A DNA stretch of 64,000 nt, taken from positions 22,694,001-22,758,000 of the forward strand of contig NC_086097.1 of the NCBI RefSeq assembly GCF_963921235.1, read 5' to 3'. Positions 50,931 to 64,000 of this stretch are shown here, piece after piece; within the stretch, counting starts at the first letter, position 1; the number at the start of each line of letters is the position of its first letter. Made by a program: the position numbers and the translations under genes. The stretch comes from Mobula hypostoma (lineage: Eukaryota). The notes beneath the pieces were generated by a model. The model saw only the letters and a program-made list of their open reading frames with translations. It did no database searches and was not told where the DNA came from.

Positions 50931-52498
50931 ATACATAAATATATTTAATTAATATTTTTGTAAATATATTTTTATTTGCAGAGTGTGTATTTCGCACATT
51001 GGATGTCCAACTTTATTTTGGTCTTTATTTAGTCTTTCATAGATTCCATTGTTTTATTTTTTATTTCCTGAAAATGTCAGCAAAGGAATGAATCTCAAGG
51101 TGACATATTTGTATGTACTGTACTTTGATAATTTTACTTACATTTTGACTTTGTGGAAGAGCAGATGGTAAATGTGTGTATAAGATGATGAGAGGCATTG
51201 ATTATGTAGTTAGCCAGAGGCTTTTTCCCAGGGCTGAAATGGCTAACACAAGGGGGCATAGAACATAGAATAGTACAGCACAGTACAGGCCCTTCGGCCC
51301 ACATTGTTGTGCTGACCCTCAAACCCTGCCTCCATTATAACCCACCACCTTAAATTCCTCCATATACCTGTTTTAAGGTGCTTGGAAACAGGTACAAAGG
51401 GGAGGTCAGGGGTAAGTTTTTCACACAGAGAGTGATGGGTGCGTGGAATGCACTGCCAGCGACAGCAGAGGCGGATCCAATAGGGTCATTTAAGAGACTC
51501 TTAGATAGGTACATGGAGCTTAGAAAAGTAGTGGGCTCTGCGGTAGGGAAATTCTAGGCAGTTTCTAGAGTAGGTTACATGGTTGGCATAACATTGTGGG
51601 CCAAAGGGCCTGTAATGTGCTGTAGATTTCTATGTTCTATATTCTGCGTTCTAATATCAATTGTTTATCACACTTTAGAACCAAACCTCAGCACAAAACT
51701 GGTGGAGCTATGTATCCAGCTATTTTTCCATTGTGTACCCAGGGCTCTAGCACTCAGATAAGTTCTTGAATAGTTAACAATGTATGTTTTACAATCCATT
51801 TGCCCCTTCACTCTGTGGGAAATGGGGCCATTGGACATGTATAACCGCACAAATTTTATTTTCCAATCTGTGCAGAGTTATGGGAAATTTATGCTGAGGT
51901 AATTTCTTTGTAAAAGGCTTGAAATTACAGCGGGCTGATGAGATGAATTTATTTATTTATAACAGACAAATACTGATATTCCCGTTCCCATTACTCAATT
52001 GAAAGTAAAACACAGATTATGTAGGACAGCGTAATTTCTTTTTCAAATCCCCATGCATGCATATATCATGGGAGACATGAATGTGTAAGAAGATTAATTC
52101 AGTTGATCTATGAGCACTAAATAAGAGATAAATCTTGGATTTTATACTGTGGCTCCTCTGTTATTTACCTCGACACTGTCAGCGCAGTTGCACAGTTAGT
52201 ACAGCTCCAGTGGCTGGGAATTTGCATACGCTGCTTGAGACTGGGTGACCTAGAGTCATAGAACTTCCCCCAACAAAGATGTGCAGGTTGCTGGTTTAAT
52301 TGGCAGTGTAAATTGCCTTTGATGTTTACATTAATGTGAGAATCTGGGGGATTGGGAGGCATGGAGAGGAGCCGTCCAGTGTTGATTGAAAGGGGACCCT
52401 CACCGGGATGGTGTTGGAGCAGCAATGGCTGGAGTTTCTGGGAGTAATTCGGATGACACTGGATCAGTTTATCCTAAAGAAGAAGAAGTGTTCTAAAG

Positions 52499-52578
52499 CA
52501 GGGGTTCCCAACCTGGAGTCCAAGGATCTCTTGGTTAATGGTAGGGGTCCATGTCATAAAAAAGGTAAGGAACCCTTG
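52499..52578. mobile_element. hAT (Charlie-type) MITE, 80 bp
   Basis: CAGGGGTTCCC...GGAACCCTTG with perfect 8-bp TSD TTCTAAAG (NTCTARAN-type target). Confidence 0.9.
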
Positions 52579-53687
52579 TTCTAAAGAGGGAATGATGCAA
52601 CAGTGGCTGACAAGGGAAGTCAAAGGCAGCATAAAAACCAAAGATATTGCAGAAATTAGGGGAACACTACAGGATTAAAAAGCTTTAATAAAGACAACAG
52701 AAGGCTGCTGAAAAGAAATATGGGGAGAAAAGATGAAATATGAAGGTAAGCTCATCAGTAATATAAAAGAAGATCCAGGAAGTCTTTCCAAGCCGCTGGA
52801 AAATGACAATGGAGAAGTAATAATGGAGATCAAAGAAATAGTCGATGAACGGATTCAAGTACTTTGTATCAGTCTTCACTGTGGAAGATATCAGCATTAT
52901 GTAAGGAATACAAGAGAGTCATTTGGCAGAGTTGAATGTAGTCACTAGGACTAGGGAGAAACTGAAATATTTGAATGTGATTAAATCACCTGGACCAGGT
53001 GGATTTCACTCCAGGTTTCTGAAAGGCATAGCTGAAGAGATTGTGCAGGCATTATTAGTGATCTTTCAAGAATCACTAGAGTCAGGAATGGTTCCAGAGG
53101 ACTGGAAAATTGCAAATATCACTCCACTATTTATTAAAAGAGGGAGGCAAAAGACAAGATAGGCAAGTTGACCTGATTTCAGTGTTTGAGAAGATGTTGG
53201 AATCCTTTATTAAAGATGATATTTTGGGGTCGTTGGAAGCACATGGTAAAATATGCCATTGTAGGCATAGTTTCCTTAAGGGAAAATCTTGCCTGACAAA
53301 TTTGTTGGAATTCTTTGAGAAAGTGACAAGTAGGATAGACAAAAGAAAGTCAGGGAATCTTGTTTTCTTGGATTTTCAGAAAGCCTGTGACAAGATGCCA
53401 CATATAAGGCTGCTAAACAAGACAGGAACCTACACGGGTTCCTAGACTCGCATGGACAGTAGATTGGCTGACCGACAGAGTCCCAAAGAGTGGGAATAAA
53501 GGAAACGTTTTTCTGGTTGACTGTCTGTGACTAGCAGTGTTCCACAGACGTTGGTATTGGGTTGTTATATGTTAATATTCTGGATAATGGAATTGATGGT
53601 GATGTGGCTATGTCTGCAAATGACAACAAAGATAGATAGAGGGGTAGGCATTGTTGAGGAATCATTGAGTAGCAGAAGGTCCTACAC

Positions 53688-53800
53688 CAGGTGTTCCCAA
53701 CCTTTTTCATGCCGTGGCCCAATGCCATTAAGCAAGGGGTCCATTAACCATTAATATCAATAAAGTATGACTATGACTAACCTCAGGTTGGGAACCCCTA
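53688..53800. mobile_element. hAT MITE containing an approximately 30-bp Rex1 tail
   Basis: CAGGTGTTCCCAACC...GGTTGGGAACCCCTA; internal ATCAATAAAGTATGACTATGAC flanked by TAACC. Confidence 0.8.
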
Positions 53801-55603
53801 ATCTAGACAGATTAGGAGAATGGGCAAAGAATTGGCAGATGGAATAGACCGTGGGGAAGTGTTTGGTCATGCACTTTGGTAGAAGGAATAAAAATGAAGA
53901 CTGCTTTCTAAATGGGAAGAAATTTTAGAAATAGGAGGTGTAAAGGGACTCGGGAGTCCTTGTGCAGTATTCCATAAAGCTTAACTTGCAGGTTGAGTTG
54001 GTATTGATCTGCAGATTCCAGCATCTGCCGTCTCTTGTGTGTAGAGGGAAAATTAGTGGAGGAATGTAGTAAGTCTTTGAGCTAGTTTAGACTTGATGGG
54101 CTGACTGCCTTCCATTACTCTTATAGGGAACTGGACATGAGAAGGAACTCTGCTATTCTTTGTCAAGCCTAATAAGTGCTCCCAAGAACCTTGGAGCACT
54201 CAATACCACCATCTCCACCTATACCTTCACTTTGTACTTGAAACACCAATAGCATTAGAAGCAAACTGAGTACAAATTGCAAACAAAGGAAATGGTGAAT
54301 AACCTAAGTGCAGGTATTGGGTGTTACTGTCTACAGAATATGCCTGAACAGAATCCAAGGGAATAATAAATTTATTAGTTTAGATGATATTGATCAACTG
54401 CTTGTGATATACTCATGCTGCTTTTGACATTTTGTCAACCCACCTCTGGTTGCATATTTTGATACTTATGACTCATTTTACCAATATTCACCCACTGAGA
54501 TTGTCTTGAGTCATCAAGTCTGAGGTAGTTACTTGGAGGTCCATAAAGCTGGAACAAGTTAATGAAGCATGAGATGGTGCATCATATTTAATCGTGGACA
54601 TATTTGGAAGTGATTGCTTAGTTATACTCATACTCGAGCTCAGGGACAAAAAGGGAATGAAACATGAGTGTCAGAGGAAGATGGAGCATATGAGGTAGCT
54701 CATGAGGAACAAAAAAACCCCCGGAAATGAATCAAATGTATTGAATGACCTGTTTCCATGTTTTATTTTCTGTGTAATATGCATGGTGGGTGCGTGGGAC
54801 TCCCTGCCAGGGGCAGTGGTGGAGGCAGATGCATTAGTAACTTAACAGATAATAGAAAAATGGATGGCCCTGTAGGAGAGCAGGGTTAGATTGATTTTAG
54901 AGTAAGTTAAAAGGTTGTCACAACATTGGGGCTGAAGGGCCTGTACTGTGCTGATATGTTCCACCGTATGTTCAAATAAACCATCTATGGTGTTATATGT
55001 TCAAATAAAATTAGACAATGGCCTTCATAGTTGGTTTCATACCTCCTTGTCACTATTTGTAGTGTCTTGGTATTTATCAATAGTATACCATCTCAATTTT
55101 TGGAGATATGAGTGAGTTAATATCTGGAAAAAAAATAATGTACAATATATTGACAAAGGCAGTGGTGAACAAATGCAAAATCCTTTAAACCATCTTTAAC
55201 AATCAGAGGCCTGATAGAAATCAAAGTGATAGATCTTTTATTGTAATGTGAAAGGATACTTGGAAGGTAGCTCAAACCTTCCATTACATTGTACTTTTTA
55301 ACTTTCCTATTCTGCTGCCCCTGAAAGCTGCATTTTTAAGATTATTATGGGATAAGGAAAAGAGGCGTGTGCCCATATAACTAGAATTGGATGAAGCCTC
55401 ACTTCCTCTTTCAATAGCAATAAATACGATACCTGCATTAGGGTATCATACTCTGGCTCCAAAATCTATTCCATGACTTCAATGACTCTAAGCAGAAATT
55501 TAGCTCTGCTAGATGAGGTAGAACTTCTAAGCATTATTTTATTCCTGTTTTAGAGAGGCAAATATGAAGTGAGTTGATTTCAGTCCAGATAAGTGTGAGG
55601 TGA

Positions 55604-55731
55604 CAACACACATCAAAGTTGCTGGTGAACGCAGCAGGCCAGGCAGCATCTGTAGGAAGAGGTGCAGTCGACGTTTCAGGCCGAGACCCTTCGTCAGGAC
55701 TAACTGAAGGAAGAGTGAGTAAGGGATTTGA
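55604..55731 (-). mobile_element. 128-bp PLE terminal-repeat insertion
   Basis: Perfect 13-bp TSD AAGTGTGAGGTGA (55591-55603 and 55732-55744). Confidence 0.9.
55666..55701 (-). ncRNA. Minimal type-I hammerhead ribozyme motif
   Basis: Minus strand AGUC-CUGACGA-AGGGUCUCGGCCU-GAAA-CG-UC-GACU; intact core and GUC site. Confidence 0.82.
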
Positions 55732-58627
55732 AAGTGTGAGGTGATGCATTTTTGAAGGGCAAACCAGAAGGCTGAGTACAGGGTTAATGGTTGGTTACTT
55801 AAGAGTGCAGATGAACAGAGGGATCTTGGGGTTCAAATCCATACATCCCCTCAAGGTCGCTGCACAGGTTGATAGGATAGTTAAGAAGGCATATGGGATG
55901 CTAGGCTTCATTAATGGGGGATCAAGTTCAAAAGTAGAGAGGTTATGTTCTCTGGTGAGACTACACTTAGAGTATTGTGTTCAGTTCTGGTCACCTCATT
56001 ATAGGAAGGATGTGGAAGCTATGGAGAGGGTGCAGAGGAGATTTACCAGGATGTTGCCTGGATTGGAAAACAAGTTTTATGAGGCAAGGTTAGCAGAGCT
56101 GGGACTTTTCTCTTTGGAGCATAGAAGGATGAGAGGGGACTTGATAGAGGTCTACAAGATTATGAGAGGCATAGATAGGGTGGATAGCCAGTACCTGTTT
56201 CCCAGGGCACGAATAGCAAACATCAGAGGGCATATGTACAAAGTTAAGGGAAGGAAGTTTAGGGTAGACATCAGGAGTAAGTTTTTTACACAGAGGGTTG
56301 TGGGTGCCTGGAATGACTTGCCAGGGATGGTGGTGGAGGCTAAAACATTAGGGGTATTTAAGAGCCTCTTGGACAGGCACATGGATGAAAGAAAAATAGA
56401 GGGTTACGGGGTAGTGTGGGTTTATTACTTTTTTTTAGGAATATATGGGTCGGCACAACATCGAGGGCCAAAGGGCCTGTACTGTGCTGTAGTATTCTAG
56501 TGTCTAGTGTCCAGTCTAGATATTTTCCCCCTGTGGTTGAACTTTCAAGGACTTGTGAAATGGAACTTCTCTACTTAGTTCTCAGGAGAAGCATGATTCC
56601 TTTCATGAAAGGGCATCCTCCTGCCACCTCTCTGCAGTTCCCAGTCATTTTCTCAAATGCAGCTTCAATACACTGGCTCAAGCTATTGTATTTAGTGCCT
56701 TCAATTTCCACTTCAGAGATGGAAGCACAAAATCTAGACCGTGAACCCACTGAAGGAGTGTTGCAACCTGCGACACTTTGAACCTAGCTATTCAGGTATA
56801 TATAAGTCATCCCCAAACACACTCAAAGAGGACAATTTAGAACATATAACAGAACAGTACAGTACAGGTCTTTTGGCGCACAGTTGTATCAACCTTTTAA
56901 TCTACTCTACAATCAATCTCACCCTTTCCTCCCACATAAGTCCCCATTTTTCTTTCATCACGTGCCTGTCTAGGAATCTCTTAAATGTTCTCAAAGTAAC
57001 TGTCTCTACTGCCAGCCCTGACAGTGTGTTCCACACTCCTACTGATCTCAGTTTAAAAAGGTACCTCTGACATTCCCACCACGCTTTCTTCCAAAAACCG
57101 TAAAATTAGGCCCATTTGTATTAGTCATTTCTGCACCGGGAGAAGGTCCCTAGCTGTTCACTTGCTCTATGCCTCTTATCTTCTTGTAGACCTTGATCTG
57201 GTCATTTCTCATCCTTCTCTCCCAAGAAAGAAAAGCCCGAGCTCACTTAACTTATCCTCATAAAACATGCTCTCTAATCCAGGCAGCATCCCGGTAAATC
57301 TCCTCTGTACCCTCTCTAAAGCTTCCACGTCCTCCCTATAATTAGGCAGCGAGAACAGAGCACAATATTCCAAGTTAGAAGGAGAGTTCTGTGTGCACTC
57401 TGGCCATTATTTATTATGCTATTAATAAAACTAAGCAAAATTAAACATTATCAGATGATGTAATATTTTTGGAAATATTCTGTAGGCAAATTGGCTGCAG
57501 TATTTCCAACACTGGAGAATAGTCTCTTCAAATGCACTTAAATGGTTTCAAGCTCCTGATGTGAGAAATGTTTTTCTTCCCCTCTAAGGATTTGTTCTGA
57601 TCTGATGTTTTTAATAACTTTCTGTAGCACAATTTGTGATTTTTTTTTGCATTTTGCCTGATTATATTCAGCTACAAATCCACAATATACTCTATTAAGA
57701 GCTGGTCAGCAGCTAACATACAGAAGGGATGTTAATATTTCAGCAGGAATGTATCATCAAACCTTTTTCAATACTTGTTCTATTTTTAACCTCATTCCAT
57801 TCTAAGCTGGAAATAAATGGTTTTCATTCATACACATAATTGAGCCTCACTGCCATTTGAATGCAAGGTGACAGGATTTCCTTGTGCTTTGGTTGTTTAA
57901 CTTTGAAAATGAAATGACATTTAAAAATCTAGTTGCTATTTTTTTTATCCAAAAGATAGCTTGAGTTCATTTTGATGGATCCAGGCACCTTAAATGCCAT
58001 TTGGCTTCTGCTGAGCCTTTTCACTAGATCCAGCTGAACGCCTAATCCTTCTTAGCCGCAGTCATTAAGGAATTAACTATTCATGAGATAGCAAAGTTGG
58101 TTGTCCGTATAATATCACATTTCCATTTTGGTTGACAGACCTGGAAATGGCAAGTACAGAGAGACAAAGTATTTAAATTATAAAACCATTAAAAAAAACA
58201 TGTGACACTTACCTGTCTTTTAAATAAAATGAAAATAAGCTCTTTGCAAATTGGTAAATTGGGTTTAATATTATCACATGTATCAAAGTATAGTGAAAAA
58301 ACTTGTCTTTATCCATACAGTGCATTGAGGTAGTACAAGGCAAACTATAACAGAGTGCGGATTGATGTGTTATGAAATAGAGAAAGTGCAATGCAGGTAG
58401 GAAGTAAGGTGTAATGATGTAGATTGTAAGGGGAAGACCTATCATTATCATACTAGGGAACCATTTAATGGTCTTTTAATACAGTGGGATAGAATTTGGG
58501 CCTGGTTGTACGTTCATTCAGGTTGTTATACATTATTGTCTGCCCAATGGGAAAGGAGAAAAAAAAATGCCCAGGGTGGATGGGATCTTTCATTATGCAG
58601 GCCATTTTACTGAGGCAGTGAGGAGTA

Positions 58628-61600
58628 AAATTTACTGATGACACTAAACTGAGTGAAAAAGTAAATTGTACAGAGGATGTGGAGAGTCTGCAGAGGGATA
58701 TAGATAGGTTAAGTGAGTGGGCCAAGGTCTGGCAGATGGAATACGATGTTGGTAAATGCGAGATTATCCACTTTGGAAGGAATAATAGAAGAGCAGATTA
58801 TCATTTAAATGGTAAAAGATTGAAGCATGCTGTTGAGCAGAGGGACTTGGGAGTGCTTGTTCATGAATCGCGAAAAGTTGGCTTGCAGGTACAACAGGTT
58901 ATTAAGAAGGCAAACGGAATGTTGGCCTTCATTGCTAGAGGGATTGAATTCAAGAGCAGGGAGGTCATGCTGCAACTATACAGGGTACTGGTGAGGCCGC
59001 ACCTGGAGTACTGTGTGCAGTTCTGGTCTCCATACTTGAGGAAGGATATACTGGCTTTGGAGGCAGTGCAGAGGAGGTTCACCAGGTTGATTCCAGACAT
59101 GAAGGAGTTAACCTATGAGGAGAGATTGAGACGCCCGGGACTATACTGGCTTTGGGTATTGTGTAATGAATTGGAGGTGATTGGAGAGATTGAGGTGAAG
59201 GAACCCTTAGGAGACAGTGATCATAACATGATTGAGTTCACTGTGAAATTAGAAAAAGAGAGACCGAAATCCGATGTGTCGGTGTTTCAGTGGAGTAAAG
59301 AAAATTACAGTGGCATGAGAGAGGAACTGGCCAAAGTTGACTGGAAAGAGACACTGGCGGGAAAGACGGCAGAGCAGCAGTGGCTGGAGTTTATGCGAGA
59401 AATGAGGAATGTGCAAGACAGGTATATTCCAAAAAAGAGGAAATTTTCGAGTGGAAAAAGGATGCAACCGTGGTTGACAAGAGAAGTCAAAGCCAGGAGA
59501 GGGCATACAAGGAAGCAAAAATTAGTGGGAAGACAGAGGATTGGGAAGTTTTTAAAACCTTACAAAAGGAAACCAAGAAGGTCATTAAGAGAGAAAAGAT
59601 TAACTATGAAAGGAAACTAGCAAGTAATATCAAAGAGGATACTAAAAGCTTTTTCAAGTATCTAAAGAGTAAAAGACAGGTGAGAGTAGATATAGGACCG
59701 ATAGAAAATGATACTGGAGAAATTGTAATGGGAGATGAGGAGATGGCAGAGGAACTGAACAAGTATTTTGCATCAGTCTTCACTGAGGAAGACAGCAGGA
59801 TACCGGACACTCAAGGGTGGCAGGGAAGAGAAGTGTGCGCAGTCACAATTACGACAGAGAAAGTACTCAGGAAGCTGAATAGGCTAAAGGTTGATAAATC
59901 TCCTGGACCAGATGGAATGCACCCTCGTGTTTTGAAGGAAGTAGCTGTGGAGATTGCGGAGGCATTACCGATGATCTTTCAAAAGTCGATAGATTCTGGC
60001 ATGGTTCCGGAAGACTGGAAGATTGCAAATGTCATTCCGCTATTTAAGAAGGGGGCAAGGAAGCAAAAAGGAAATTATAGACCTGTTAGCTTAACATCGG
60101 TGGTTGGGAAGTTGTTGGAGTCGATTGTCAAGGATGAGGTTACAGAGTACCTGGAGGCATATGACAAGATAGGCAGAACTCAGCATGGATTCCTTAAAGA
60201 AAAATCCTGCCTGACAAACCTATTACAATTTTTTGAGGAAATTACCAGTAGGCTAGACAAGGGAGATGTAGTGGATGTTGTATATTTGGATTTTCAGAAG
60301 GCCTTTGACAAGGTGCCACACATGAGGCTACTTAACAAGATAAGAGCCCATGGAATTACAGGAAAGTTACATTCGTGGATAGAGCGTTGGCTGATTGGCA
60401 GGAAACAGAGAGTGGGAATAAAGGGATCCTATTCTGGTTGGCTGCCGGTTACCAGTGGTGTTCCACAGGGATCAGTGTTGGGGCTGCTTCTTTTTACATT
60501 GTACATCAACGATTTGGATTATGGAATAGATGGCTTTGTGGCTAAGTTTGCTGACGATACGAAGATAGGTGGAGGGGCCGGTAGTGCTGAGGAAACGGAG
60601 AGTCTGCAGAGAGACTTGGATAGATTGGAAGAATGGGCAGAAAAGTGGCAAATGAAGTACAATGTTGGAAAGCGTATGGTTATGCACTTTGGCAGAAAAA
60701 ATAAACGGGCAGACTATTATTTAAATAGGGAAAGAATTCAAAGTTCTGAGATGCAACGGGACTTGGGAGTCCTCGTACAGGATTCCCTTAAAGTTAACCT
60801 CCAGGTTGAGTCAGTAGTGAAGAAGGCGAATGCAATGTTGGCATTCATTTCTAGAGGAATAGAGTATAGGAGCAGGGATGTGATGTTGAGGCTCTATAAG
60901 GCGCTGGTGAGACCTCACTTGGAGTACTGTGGGCAGTTTTGGTCTCCTTATTTAAGAAAGGATATGCTGATGTTGGAGAGGGTACAGGGAAGATTCACTA
61001 GAATGATTCCGGGAATGAGATGGTTAACATATGAGGAACGTTTGTCTGCTCTTGGACTGTATTCCTTGGAGTTTAGAAGAATGAGGGGAGACCTCATAGA
61101 AACATTTCGAATGTTAAAAGGCATGGACAGAGTGGATGTGACAAAGTTGTTTCCCATGATGGGGGAGTCTAGTACGAGAGGGCATGACTTCAGGATTGAA
61201 GGGCACCCTTTCAGAACAGAAATGCGAAGAAATTTTTTAGTCAGAGGGTGGTGAATCTATGGAATTTGTTGCCACGGGCAGCAGTGGAGGCCAAGTCATT
61301 GGGTGTATTTAAGGCAGAGATTGATTGGTATCTGAGTAGCCAGGGCATCAAAGGTTATGGTGAGAAGGCGGGGCAGTGGGACTAAATAGGATAAAATGGA
61401 TCAGCTCATGATAAAATGGAGCAGACTCGATGGGCCGAATGGCCTACTTCTGCTCCTTTGTCTTATGGTCTTACGGTCTTATGGTCTATACTCTCAGGAA
61501 TTCAGAAGAATGAGAGGGGATCTTATAGAAACATACAAAATTTTGAAAGAGATAGATAAGATAGAAGTAGGAAAGTTGTTTGCATTGGTAGGTGAGACTA

Positions 61601-61907
61601 GAACTAGGGGACATTGCCTCAAGATTCAGGGGAGAACATTTAGGACGGAGATGAGGAGTAACTGTTTTTCTCAGAGAGTGTAAATCTGTGGAATTCTCTG
61701 CCCAGGGAAGCAGTTGAGGCTTCTTCACTAAATATACTTAAGATACAGTTAGATAGATTTTTACATAGTAGGGAATTAAGGGTTATGGGGAAAAGGCAGA
61801 TAGATGGAGCTGAGTTTACGGACAGATCAGCCATGATCTTACTAAATGGTGGGGCAGGCTCGATGGGCTGAATGGGCTACTCCTGCTCCTATTTCTTGTG
61901 TTCTTAT
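58628..61907 (+). mobile_element. Host CR1 (58628-59147 and 61493-61907) split by a younger CR1
   Basis: Joining the halves restores RRPGLYSQEFRRMRGDLIETY; flanked by GAGTA inside a Rex1-like element (58250-58627 and 61908-62290). Confidence 0.9.
59148..61485 (+). mobile_element. Young 2.3-kb 5'-truncated CR1 LINE with near-intact RT
   Basis: Endonuclease end GDSDH; one frameshift near 59490; ORF 59380-61254 with YLDFQKAFDKVPH, GVPQGSVLG and KFADDTK; (TCTTATGG)n tail; 7-bp TSD CTATACT. Confidence 0.97.
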
Positions 61908-62065
61908 GAGTATAGATAGAGTCCACAGAAGGGAGACTGCATTGTGCCCACAAGTTTCTGCAGTTTCTTGCAGTCACCTGCAAAGCAGTTGCCACACCAA
62001 GTTGCGTTGCGTCAAGATAGGATGCTTTCTAGGATGCAGTGATAAAAATTGGTGAGGATTTAAGG

Positions 62066-62127
62066 CAGGAGTTCCCAGCCTGGAGTCCATGGACCTATTG
62101 CTTAAGAAAAAAGATTGTGAACCGTTG
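62066..62127. mobile_element. hAT MITE, degraded (partial second copy near 62769-62825)
   Basis: CAGGAGTTCCCAGCC terminus; TSD ATTTAAGG/GTCTAAGG. Confidence 0.65.
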
Positions 62128-63909
62128 GTCTAAGGGCTCAAGCCAAATTTCTTTATCCTCCTGAGGAACTAGATGCACGTGTGAGCTTTCTTGGCTACGG
62201 GATCAATGTAGTTAGACCAGAACAGTCTATTGGTGATGTTCAGTCTTAGGAACTTAAAACTCTCAGCACCAGGAACATGTGCACTGCCACCCGCCCTGAA
62301 GTTGTGCTGTATAAATCTATGAAGTTCAGTTTAACTCTATCAAGTAATGAGCTTCTGCACAGAGAATAAATCTATATGGCCAAATTCATGTCAATGAACT
62401 TCCACCGAACTTGCAACGAACTAGAGATTCAAGAAGCTTTACGCAAGTCCAGATGCTGGGAAAGTGGGGAAGGCAAGAACAAAGAGGATACTGCGTGATA
62501 ACGTGGAAAGCAAAAGGCGATGGCAGTAGAACAAATGATGCAAAAGCGTGTGGGCCTGCCAGTAGCTATAGGCAGGTACAGCAGCGTCATTTGTGAAATT
62601 GTGGAATAGTGTATTGAGTCTGCATTATTTGATCTTTATGTTAAGATTATTAAGCTGTGTCCACAACTTGCCGCAGTCTCCTGCAGTCACGTGCAGAACT
62701 GCTGCCACACCAAGCCATAATGCATCAAGATAGGATGCTCTCTATGATGCATCGATAAAAATTGGTGAGAGTTCCCAACCTGGGGTCCATGGATCTCTTA
62801 CTTATTGGCCCATGGCATTGGTAGGCCTGGAAACATGATAGAGAATATAGGTAACAGGCTTCTGGAGGTTCAGGGCCACACTTGGGGATTGAATCAATGT
62901 GTTCTGCTGAGTTCGCTTTACTTGTTTCCCCAATTTAGGGAAAACTGTTGCAAAAGAGAATTAAAAGTGGTACGAGTTAAACCATTGTTTCATTTGGAAA
63001 GAGTGAGGGAGAATAAACAACGAGGTCCTGTGTGAAGAGAGATGTTTTCTTACAGTTAATGAGTAAAAGATGGTGACACATGATATAGGTGGGGATAAGA
63101 GTAAGGTAAGTTTTAGTGTTGACTATATACTAGTGGGGTAATAGTTGAGAATAAGCAGCCTGTCTTTCCACAAGGCACGTTATCCCTTATTATTTCAATT
63201 TGATGTTCAGCAGTTTAGGTGAGAATCAGAATCAGGTTTATTATCGCTGACACATGTTGTAAAATTTGTTGTTTTCTGGCAACAGTACTGTTCAATACAT
63301 AAAAATATACGACAAGTTATAATAAAAGATAAATAGGGCAAAAGAGGTAGTATTCATGGGTTAACGGACGATTCAGAATCCAATGGCAGATGGGAAGGAG
63401 GCATTCCTAAAACATTGGGAGTGCATGTTCAGGCTCCTTTCCTTCTCCCTGATGATAGGAATGAGAAGGGAGCATGTCCTGGATGCTGAGAAGCCTTCAA
63501 GATGGATGCCGCCTTCATGGTTCTGCAGTAGCCATGACATCTCCTACAGACCTATCACTTGTTATACATCTCGTTTTTCTCTTTTTTGGTTCTTTTACAT
63601 CGTTTGCATCTTCATGGTTGCTTCATCTTTCTGATTTCATTAGAAATATCATTAACCCAAAATGTAAAATCTCTCTCCCCCACAGATGCGGCCTGATCCG
63701 CTGAATATCTCAAATATTTTCTGTTTTATTTCGGACTTCTAGTATCTGTAATATTTTGCTTTTGCCCTTCTGTGAGCTGGGTTAATTAAAATAAACAGAG
63801 CAAAGTGAATTAATTAACATCATTAAATGAGGCATGCAGCTTAACTGCTGTCAGTTAAATACTTTGTGATCTGAGGAATAAACGATGCAAAAAAAAATCA
63901 TTTCTCTCC

Positions 63910-64000
63910 TGTTCCTTTGACCTACAGTAAATACTGGTGTGACAGGAATCTTGTAATTCCGAAATGTTGTTCCTTTGACCTAAATACTGGTGTAACAGGA
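63910..64000. repeat. Short tandem duplication, period 58 bp, running off the window end
   Basis: TGTTCCTTTGACCTA(CAGT)AAATACTGGTGT.ACAGGA at 63910-63947 and 63968-64000. Confidence 0.85.

Larger units (their letters stand above)
52400..54000 (+). mobile_element. Degenerate CR1 ORF2 fragment hosting two MITEs
   Basis: KSPGPGGFHSRFLK...VPEDWKIANITPLF and GKSCLTNLLEFFE remnants. Confidence 0.88.
55575..56512 (+). mobile_element. CR1 3' fragment with a PLE insertion
   Basis: ORF 55787-56500 matches the CR1 C-terminus. Confidence 0.92.

Noticed and set aside
58200..58240. Minus-strand T-rich tract followed by CAG|GTAAGT (recursive splice site or micro-exon)
   Set aside because: A purine run and an upstream AG precede the CAG, it is opposite to the only exon candidate, and nothing else supports it.
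59380..61254. 624-aa ORF as a host or domesticated gene
   Set aside because: Ordinary CR1 ORF2 that is 5'-truncated and frameshifted, with TSD and tail.
63910..64000. Direct repeats with a spacer, superficially CRISPR-like
   Set aside because: Only two imperfect units in vertebrate-type DNA with no cas genes; a simple tandem duplication.

Overview
AT-rich eukaryotic non-coding DNA, either a large intron or an intergenic region, most of it nested transposable-element debris. No intact host gene is visible; there is one weak 47-nt candidate exon at 49049-49095. HE1-like V-SINEs and abundant CR1 LINEs with short tandem-repeat tails point to a cartilaginous fish, probably a ray (inference). Elements present: CR1 LINEs (including a young 2.3-kb copy nested in another CR1), Rex1/Babar LINEs, three RTE-clade families plus RTE-derived non-autonomous elements and SINEs, two Penelope-like (PLE) lineages, an internally deleted Gypsy element, four solo-LTR families, a hAT family with 6-bp TSDs, and hAT and Tc1-type MITEs. 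The strongest signal is a set of minimal type-I hammerhead ribozyme motifs in the PLE repeats, intact at 8081-8118(-), 8131-8168(+), 9974-10015(-) and 55666-55701(-). Several occur in short palindromic insertions whose fold-back point repeatedly lies at the ribozyme. All family names come from motif recognition by eye; no searches were run.
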